Shown here piece by piece: positions 57,123 to 64,000 of a stretch of DNA of 64,000 nt. Where the stretch lies: the NCBI GenBank assembly GCA_964016885.1, contig OZ024747.1:65906001-65970000 (forward strand), read 5' to 3'. The DNA is from Eledone cirrhosa (taxonomy: Eukaryota). A model generated the notes under the pieces. That model made no database searches. It was not told the origin of the DNA and saw nothing but the letters and a program-made list of their open reading frames with translations. A program made the translations under genes and the position numbers. Positions within the stretch are counted from its first letter, which is position 1, and each line of letters starts with the position of its first letter.

Positions 57123-60004
57123 TTTATCTATATATCTATCTATTTATCTATTTTCTATCTATCTATCTTTCTATCTATCTATATATTTATCTATCTATAT
57201 ATATATATCTACCTACCTACCTATCAACCTATCTATTTTCTATCTATCTACCTACTTCCCTGTGGCAAAGAAATAAATATATCTATCTACCTACTTCTAT
57301 CTATCTATTTATGTATCTATCTATCTATCTATCTTGATAGAGTAAGACACGGTTCACATCGGCTCGGCTATTCCATCGGGATTTACCCTTACTATAGTAA
57401 GTACCGGATAAATTTTTCAGTGCAACACATTTGGAACACTAACCCCTGTTATTTAGGGAAACATTTTTGCATTTACCCCCTTTTTAGGGGGTAAAATAAA
57501 TATCTATTTTTTTGCCGAAAAATTTCTTTCTTGGCAGCATGGCGGAAAAGATGGCAGACATGTCTGCCATTAGCTCTGCCACGCCCCCAAGTCTGAAGAA
57601 CAAAAAATAATTACAACAAAATTAGACAACGAAACAAACAAGGAAAATGAAAAAACAAATGTTAAGGAAAATGAGCAAACGGAAAACAAACAAACAGAAA
57701 ATAATACAAATAACAACAGGGCAACTTTCGCCCAGAAAACAAAACAATCCATAACATACACACCAATCGACTTAACTGCCGCCAGAGAAAAACTGGCCGA
57801 AGCGAAAAGACAAATAGTCTTGGGGGAGAACGGAATGTTTTCCATTAACTCCCCCCCAGAATTCAAGAAAGCCAGAACAGAGAGCACAGTTCTCTTCAGA
57901 ACTATACTGAACCAAACAAGAAAGCCAGCACAGCCCAGCCAAATGGAAATAGAGTTGGTCCTAAAAGACTATATGAAGAATATTCTCTTCATACGAAAGG
58001 ACCGACTCTATGGCAGCATTTCGGTCTTAACAAAAGACAAGGAAACGGCGGAGAAGCTTTCCCTAAGCCCACTCTCATCGACAACATACAGCTTCTATCC
58101 CTCCTACATGGGTAGAAGAACACAGAGAGTAAAAGTAAAAACAATGCTGCCCACAATAGACTTCTGGTGGGCTATTGCTGGCTTCATAGACATGGGCGAT
58201 GACACAATGCTGTCAATGGGGAAGGCAACTGGAGATGCGTTCCTGGGAATGGGCCTCGACATACTAGTCCAAATGAGGCCCGAAAGAATAGCACAAATCC
58301 CGGATCGCATCTGGCTGGATGACCTTACCCCAATAGATATAATTGTAGAGGGGAGAAGACCAGCATGCTATTTATGCATGGAAAGGGGACACGTTAAGGC
58401 TAACTGCCCGAAACGTATCCCCCAAAAAGGACTATTGCCCACACCCACCACAAACAGTACACCAACACCACCCACCTCCAAAAATACACTAATACCACAC
58501 ACAGCAAACAAAATACAGACACCACCAACCACAAACACAACACAAACATCACCACCACCAGCACCAAACACAAGCACGACACAAAAATCACCACCACCAA
58601 CCACAACACAAACATCACCACCACCATCACCAACCACAAGCACGACACAAACATTACCACCACCACCACCACCACAAAACCCATTCCAAACAAATAATAA
58701 AAAAAAACAGTAACAAATCTACCCCTCCCGCAAAAAAAACAACCACACAACACGTCCCTCCCACCTAGCGCTGAAGAGTTTCCCCCAACTTCTGAAGAAG
58801 AAGGAGGAGAAGCCTTCAGACAAGTTAAAAGAAAAAAAAGAAAACACACACCCAGCACACCACAAATAACCCACACACAAACACCAACTCCAATCAAAAA
58901 CACCCCACCCTCAACAAACAAAAATAAATCTGCGCCTCCCCTCTCCGAAACATTGACAGCATCACAAAAAAAGACGTTGCAATACACATATATAAATAAA
59001 GAAAACAAAAAACTGGTTAAATTAATAAACAATAACCCTATGGTGCAGACCGAAGGGCCAAACTTTATCTCAACAGAGAACTTCACCCATTTAAAAATGA
59101 TAAAGGTCCCTCTGGACCTTTATCGTTCCTTAAAAGAACAATTTAGACGGGACGTGAGCCCCCCCCCCCCTGTTTAAAACCGTTAAATCGCGTCCTCTTG
59201 AAATATTTCCCCATAACCGCCCCTCTCCCTGACACAACTCCAAATACCCCAACCCCACCACACACGGGTACCCCCACACCACCACAAAACATCCCTCCAC
59301 CCAACACACCTGATGCCATGGAAATTACACAACCCGGAGAGGTAGGTGCTTTTCTTTCTTCACTTTCAACACCAAAATAGATCAATTGAGAGTTGGCTGT
59401 TTGAACGCGCGTGGCCTGGACTCAGCTTGGAAGCAAGCAAAGCTTCTAAATGACCTCAGGTCACAAAGTATAGATGTGATGGTTGTTTGCGAGAGTCGGA
59501 TCAGCAGCGTGAGACAGCTGGCGCCCGCCTTCGATGACTTTTAGATGCACGCATCTCTCTGTCAACCCGGAGGCGGGGGGGGGGGGAGTTGCCGTACTGC
59601 TGGATAAACGTCTGGCTCTCGACGTACAGATTGTTCACTCGGACCCGGGGGGCGGGGGGGGGGGGGCGATTACTGGTGCTGGACGTCGGAGGCGGTGAAG
59701 GCGGGGCTTTCAGACTGGTCGGTCTTTATGCCCCCTTCGGGGCTGAAAGAGCCGACTTCTTTCAGCGTCTGGAGACTTTTCTAGGAACGTCGCGTTCCCT
59801 TCTTTTAGTGGGGGACTGGAATGGAATCCTAGATGCGCGTTGGGACTATGCAGGGGCATGTCCCGATAGAGGGGGTGTAGCAGCCTCAAGGGGTTACTCG
59901 ATCGATTCGACCTGGTCGATAGATTTCGACTAGATTGTCCAACTGCGCCAACCTGGACCTGGGCAAACCGAAGTGGACAAGCTAGATCGTACCTAGATAG
60001 GTTT

Positions 60005-62830
60005 TTGGTTAGGAGTAAGGATAGGGACGTATTTAGTTGTCCAGAATTGATCATGGTTGGCTATTCAGATCACAAATTAGTGACCTGCGTGGTCAACCTT
60101 GATAGAACGCATAGACAGGGTCCCGGTTACTGGAAGATGAACTTGTCCTTGCCGGCAAAGAAAGATTACAGGAACCGGATTAGTAGCTTAGTTAAGATGC
60201 GGTTGACGGGAGCGATCGTCAACAGTAGGTGGTGGGTATCTCTAAAGAGAGAGATTAGAGTAAGTTCGATAGGTTACAGTAAGGAACTAGCGGCGAATAG
60301 AAATAGGAAGGAAAGGGAGTTAACAGATAAACTAGAAGAGGCGATTAGGAGCGGAGACGTAGCCAGAGTGTTAGCGGCGAGAACGGCGTTGAGCCAGTTC
60401 TTTGACGCGAAGCACGAAGGCTGCGTTGTCCGAAGTAAAATACGTGCTTTAGGAAACGAGGGGACCAAAGCTGTCAGCTGGGCCCGCGTGACAGAAGCCA
60501 AGAGTGGGATTAAATCCACCATTCGGTCTTTGCGAGACCAGGATGGACGGGTGATCCTTGAACCTGAGCGGATGTGCGAGGCCTTTCAAAGGCACTTTGC
60601 TCGACTGTTCGGAGGGGGCGGGGGGCCGGACGGGGATGTGGACTTCGGTCCATACCTCGACGGTCTACCGCGTCTTTCGAGCGGCGAAGCGGAGTGCTGC
60701 GAAAGGCCAATCACAGCCACTGAAATCGGGGAAGCGCTCAGCCAATGCAGCAGACGCAAATCCCCGGGTCTCGATGGTCTACCATACGAACTTTATTTAG
60801 CTATGCCGGTCTTGTTCTCCGAACTCCTCGAGGCTGTCTATTGCAACTGGCAACAGAACGGGAGAATTACCTGTTCTGTGACCAAGGGCGTGGTCACGCT
60901 AGTGAGGAAGGACGAGAGCAAGGGGGACGACTTAAGTAACTTTAGGCCCATAACTCTGCTGAATGCAGAGTTACAGATTTTGGCCAAGGTGTTGGCGAAG
61001 AGGTTGGCGCTTGTGGTGGGTGGTTTGGTGGGAGACGCGCAGACATGCGCTATCCCGTCCAGGTCCATTCACGACAACCTCCACCTCATGCGATACATCA
61101 TAGAGAGGGTTGGCAACGAACCCGGCTTTGGTGGGGCCCTGATCAACTTGGATCAATCTAAGGCGTTCGATAGGGTCGACCATGGTTACCTGGATGCGGT
61201 GCTAGCGGCGGCGGGCTTCGGACCCGTTTTCAGGGGCTGGATTTCTGCCATGCACAGTGGCAACATCTACTCTAGGATTAAAGTAAACGGCTACCTCTTG
61301 GAGCCGTTTCAAATCACCCGGTCCATCAGACAGGGGTGCCCCCTCTCCTCCCTTCTGTACGTATTGACTCTCGAGCCACTGCTGCGGAAGTTGGAGTTGC
61401 TGCGGGGCATACCCCTGGAACCGGGATTGCACAAAGCGGTCTCGGCCTATGCCGACGACGTAACAGTAATGGTGGCGGACGCCTCGGAAATCGGGGCGAT
61501 CGCCACCCTACTGGAGGAATACGGAAGGCTGACGGGGGCTAGGCTGAACCAGGACAAGTCAGTCGGTTTGCAACTCGGAACGTGGAGGGGCAAACCGATG
61601 CCGTTAGACGGTGTCGTCGGGCGGTGGACGGAGGGCCCGGTGAAGCTGCTCGGGGTCTGGTTCGGACCGGACCTCCAGGTGGAGAAGAATTGGGGCGAGG
61701 TGACGAGCAGGGTGTTTGCGCTGACCCAGAAGTGGGCCAAGTGCAAACTATCACTGAAAGGTCGGGCGGAGGTGACGAACGCTTACATAGCGTCCGTCAT
61801 CTACTACCGCCTGACCGTCGTGCCTTGCCCCAAGGAAAAGCTCACCATCATGGAACGCATACTCTTCCAGTTCCTCTGGAAGAAGCGGCCTCTCATGGTG
61901 AGGAGATCCATCTGCTGCCAGCACCCTTCGAAAGGAGGGCTGGGTATGCCGTGGCTGTTGATGCGTAGGCACGCATTGAGGCTACGGCATCTACAGGTAT
62001 TCCTCAACGGTCAGCCGGTGTGGGCCCCGTTTGTGAGGCGAGCCTTCCCACAGCTCGTCTCGCTCACCGAACTGCAATCCTGGGTGAAGCAAAGACCGAG
62101 AAAACTGGGCAACTGGCACACCGAGTGTGCCCAGGCGCTCACGGCTATCTGGCAAGCGGACCCGACTATCAGTGGAGAATCCACCTCGACATTCTATAGA
62201 GGGTTGGTGGCTAGCAAGGGCGACGACACCCTTGGAGAGTCGCTAGGCATGGAGGAGGACGAACTGGCCAGCCTGTTCGGTAGAACTTTCGGCCCGGGAC
62301 CCATGGACAACTTCCAGAGGTCCCTAGCCTGGCAGTGTTACCGGGGGGCTCTGCCCGTTCGAGAAAAGCTCTACAGACACGGGCGCCCGGGCAGGGATCC
62401 CGCGAAAAAGATCTGTCCCAGATGCGTACGCGACGAGGAAACCGTTGCGCATGCACTGGTACACTGCCCGGGCGTTGCCGATCTGTGGGGCTACGTCGAA
62501 CGACTGCTGTCGCGTGTGGCGCCGATTCGATTAACCGCCGAGTCTGTGGTGAACATCAAGCCGCCTCCTCCCTTCAGAAATGAAGCAGAGGCGGTCTTTC
62601 TGTGCGTAATAGCCATGATGAAAGAGGTTGTGTGGTGGACGCGCCTGAAAGGTCTGAGGTCGGGTGACTTTCTCTCCGGCCATCACCTGGTTTACTTCTT
62701 CCGATACCACTTCGGAAGAAGGATCAGGATGGAGAGAGAAGTGCTTGGCCCCAGACAGTTTTATGAAAGGTGGGTGAAAGAAGCGAGAATGGCCCGTGTA
62801 AATGGGCCTTCTCTCTATATTGTTCTGTAG
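60005..62830 (+). CDS. Uninterrupted 941-aa portion of ORF2 (APE end, RT, CCHC)
   Basis: YSDH, GYWKMN, KSPGLDG, DQSKAFDRV, RQGCPLS, YADD, CPRC..DEETVAHALVHC. The N-terminal APE part upstream is disrupted. Confidence 0.85.
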   Translation: MVRSKDRDVFSCPELIMVGYSDHKLVTCVVNLDRTHRQGPGYWKMNLSLPAKKDYRNRISSLVKMRLTGAIVNSRWWVSLKREIRVSSIGYSKELAANRNRKERELTDKLEEAIRSGDVARVLAARTALSQFFDAKHEGCVVRSKIRALGNEGTKAVSWARVTEAKSGIKSTIRSLRDQDGRVILEPERMCEAFQRHFARLFGGGGGPDGDVDFGPYLDGLPRLSSGEAECCERPITATEIGEALSQCSRRKSPGLDGLPYELYLAMPVLFSELLEAVYCNWQQNGRITCSVTKGVVTLVRKDESKGDDLSNFRPITLLNAELQILAKVLAKRLALVVGGLVGDAQTCAIPSRSIHDNLHLMRYIIERVGNEPGFGGALINLDQSKAFDRVDHGYLDAVLAAAGFGPVFRGWISAMHSGNIYSRIKVNGYLLEPFQITRSIRQGCPLSSLLYVLTLEPLLRKLELLRGIPLEPGLHKAVSAYADDVTVMVADASEIGAIATLLEEYGRLTGARLNQDKSVGLQLGTWRGKPMPLDGVVGRWTEGPVKLLGVWFGPDLQVEKNWGEVTSRVFALTQKWAKCKLSLKGRAEVTNAYIASVIYYRLTVVPCPKEKLTIMERILFQFLWKKRPLMVRRSICCQHPSKGGLGMPWLLMRRHALRLRHLQVFLNGQPVWAPFVRRAFPQLVSLTELQSWVKQRPRKLGNWHTECAQALTAIWQADPTISGESTSTFYRGLVASKGDDTLGESLGMEEDELASLFGRTFGPGPMDNFQRSLAWQCYRGALPVREKLYRHGRPGRDPAKKICPRCVRDEETVAHALVHCPGVADLWGYVERLLSRVAPIRLTAESVVNIKPPPPFRNEAEAVFLCVIAMMKEVVWWTRLKGLRSGDFLSGHHLVYFFRYHFGRRIRMEREVLGPRQFYERWVKEARMARVNGPSLYIVL

Positions 62831-62967
62831 GTGAAGAAGTGAAGAGGAAAGGGGGAGCGCCTCCTCTCTGGGCTTCCCCCGCGAAAAGAGTTGCACACTT
62901 TTCGGGGGTATGTGCAATCCCCAACACGCCCCCTCCCTTTTGAGGACTTTTTATTGTTATATTATTA

Positions 62968-63065
62968 TTTGACTTTGCCTTTCATCCTTACGGGGTCGAT
63001 AAAATAAAGTACTAGTAATGCACTGGGTAATTGCTGGCCTTGTGCCTAAAGTAGAAACAATTATT
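62968..63065 (+). mobile_element. SINE fragment nested in the 3' UTR of copy 7
   Basis: SINE body with a possible TSD ttattgttat (62951-62960 and 63064-63073). Confidence 0.8.
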
Positions 63066-63160
63066 ATTGTTATTCCTTTTTTCTTTACTCGATTTATGTA
63101 AACTCCCCCACTGTGTAAATGTCCCCTTCTTTTGTGCCCTCGTGGCAAATAAATAGAAAT

Positions 63161-63217
<57 letters not shown>

Positions 63218-63219
<2 letters not shown>

Positions 63220-63418
63220 GCACAACACGCTCCTCGAGTTGAGGGTTGTTCTATCGACGGGGTATTAAACAACCCATTTGTGGCGCCTCCCCCCTATTGG
63301 GGATTTCGATTGTTGAAATTGTTTGTTTTTATAATTTTTACACGACTGTATGTAAAATCCCCGGCATGTCTTTGTATTGTCCCCTTTTCTTGTTGCGCCC
63401 TTGTGGCTAATAAAGAAA
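63218..63418 (+). mobile_element. Tx1 3'-UTR-only fragment (copy-4 type)
   Basis: Near-identical to 25303-25503; TATC on both sides. Confidence 0.9.
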
Positions 63419-63705
63419 TCTATCTATCTACCTACCTACCTACCTACCTACTTATCTATATCTATATGTATGTATGTATTGTTTCGTCTTTTCTGGGACT
63501 GCCAATATATAATTTTTACTAAGAAAACCTTTTCCACATGGCATTATTAATTCGTATATTGTTTTTTATTTTACTTTCATTTGGTAGTATTGGAAATATT
63601 GCAAAGTGTTTCCCCCCTCCAATCAACACACATTTTACAGAAATCGAGTTTAGCTTTTTGCAAAAGGTATAGCATATTTTTGTAAACTTTATTCCTTCAC
63701 ATGAC

Positions 63706-63970
63706 ATTGTTGTTATTGTTGTAGTTGTTGTTGTTGTTGCTGTTGCTGTTGTCGTTGTTGTCGTCGTGGTTGTTGTTTTTGCTCCTTATGTTATCAGTAC
63801 CATAACCATCACCATCACCATCCTCTCAATCATCACTATCATCACTATCATCATAATTATCATCATCACCATCATCACCATCATCACTATCATCACTATC
63901 ATCACCATTATCATCATCACCATCATCCTCGTTATCATCACCATCCTCTTTATCTCCTCCTCCTCCTCAC
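63706..63970. repeat. (GTT)n and (CAT/CAC)n microsatellites
   Basis: Direct reading. Confidence 0.85.
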
Positions 63971-64000
63971 ACAGACACCAACATCCCCACTGACACACAC

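Larger units (their letters stand above)
57335..63160 (+). mobile_element. Tx1 copy 7, full length, least damaged
   Basis: ORF1 ~57539-59380 (CYLCMERGHVKANC); ORF2 from ~59377 (LRVGCLNARGL), open from 60005 to 62830; TATC on both sides. Confidence 0.95.

Overview
Eukaryotic, repeat-saturated 64 kb with no recognisable host gene. The SINE families and microsatellite load suggest an octopus/cephalopod genome (inference). The dominant structure is head-to-tail, same-strand arrays of Tx1/L1-clade non-LTR retrotransposons (ORF1 with a CCHC knuckle; ORF2 APE-RT-CCHC). There are seven large copies plus four short 3' tips, from several diverged subfamilies, all inserted in (TATC)n microsatellites and lacking poly(A) tails. 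A second, unrelated array of R4/Dong-like RLE elements is inserted in (CATA)n. In the Tx1 copies a canonical splice donor sits at the end of ORF1 and a pyrimidine-rich TAG|G acceptor coincides with the ORF2 stop codon, so all of ORF2 may be a removable intron. Their 3' UTRs carry three covarying stem-loops. Also present: a CRE-clade element with a PHD finger, Penelope-like (Naiad-type) relics, three minimal hammerhead ribozymes, Helitron relics, RTE relics, tRNA-derived SINEs and several fold-back palindromes. All calls were made by eye from the sequence and ORF track; no database search was run.
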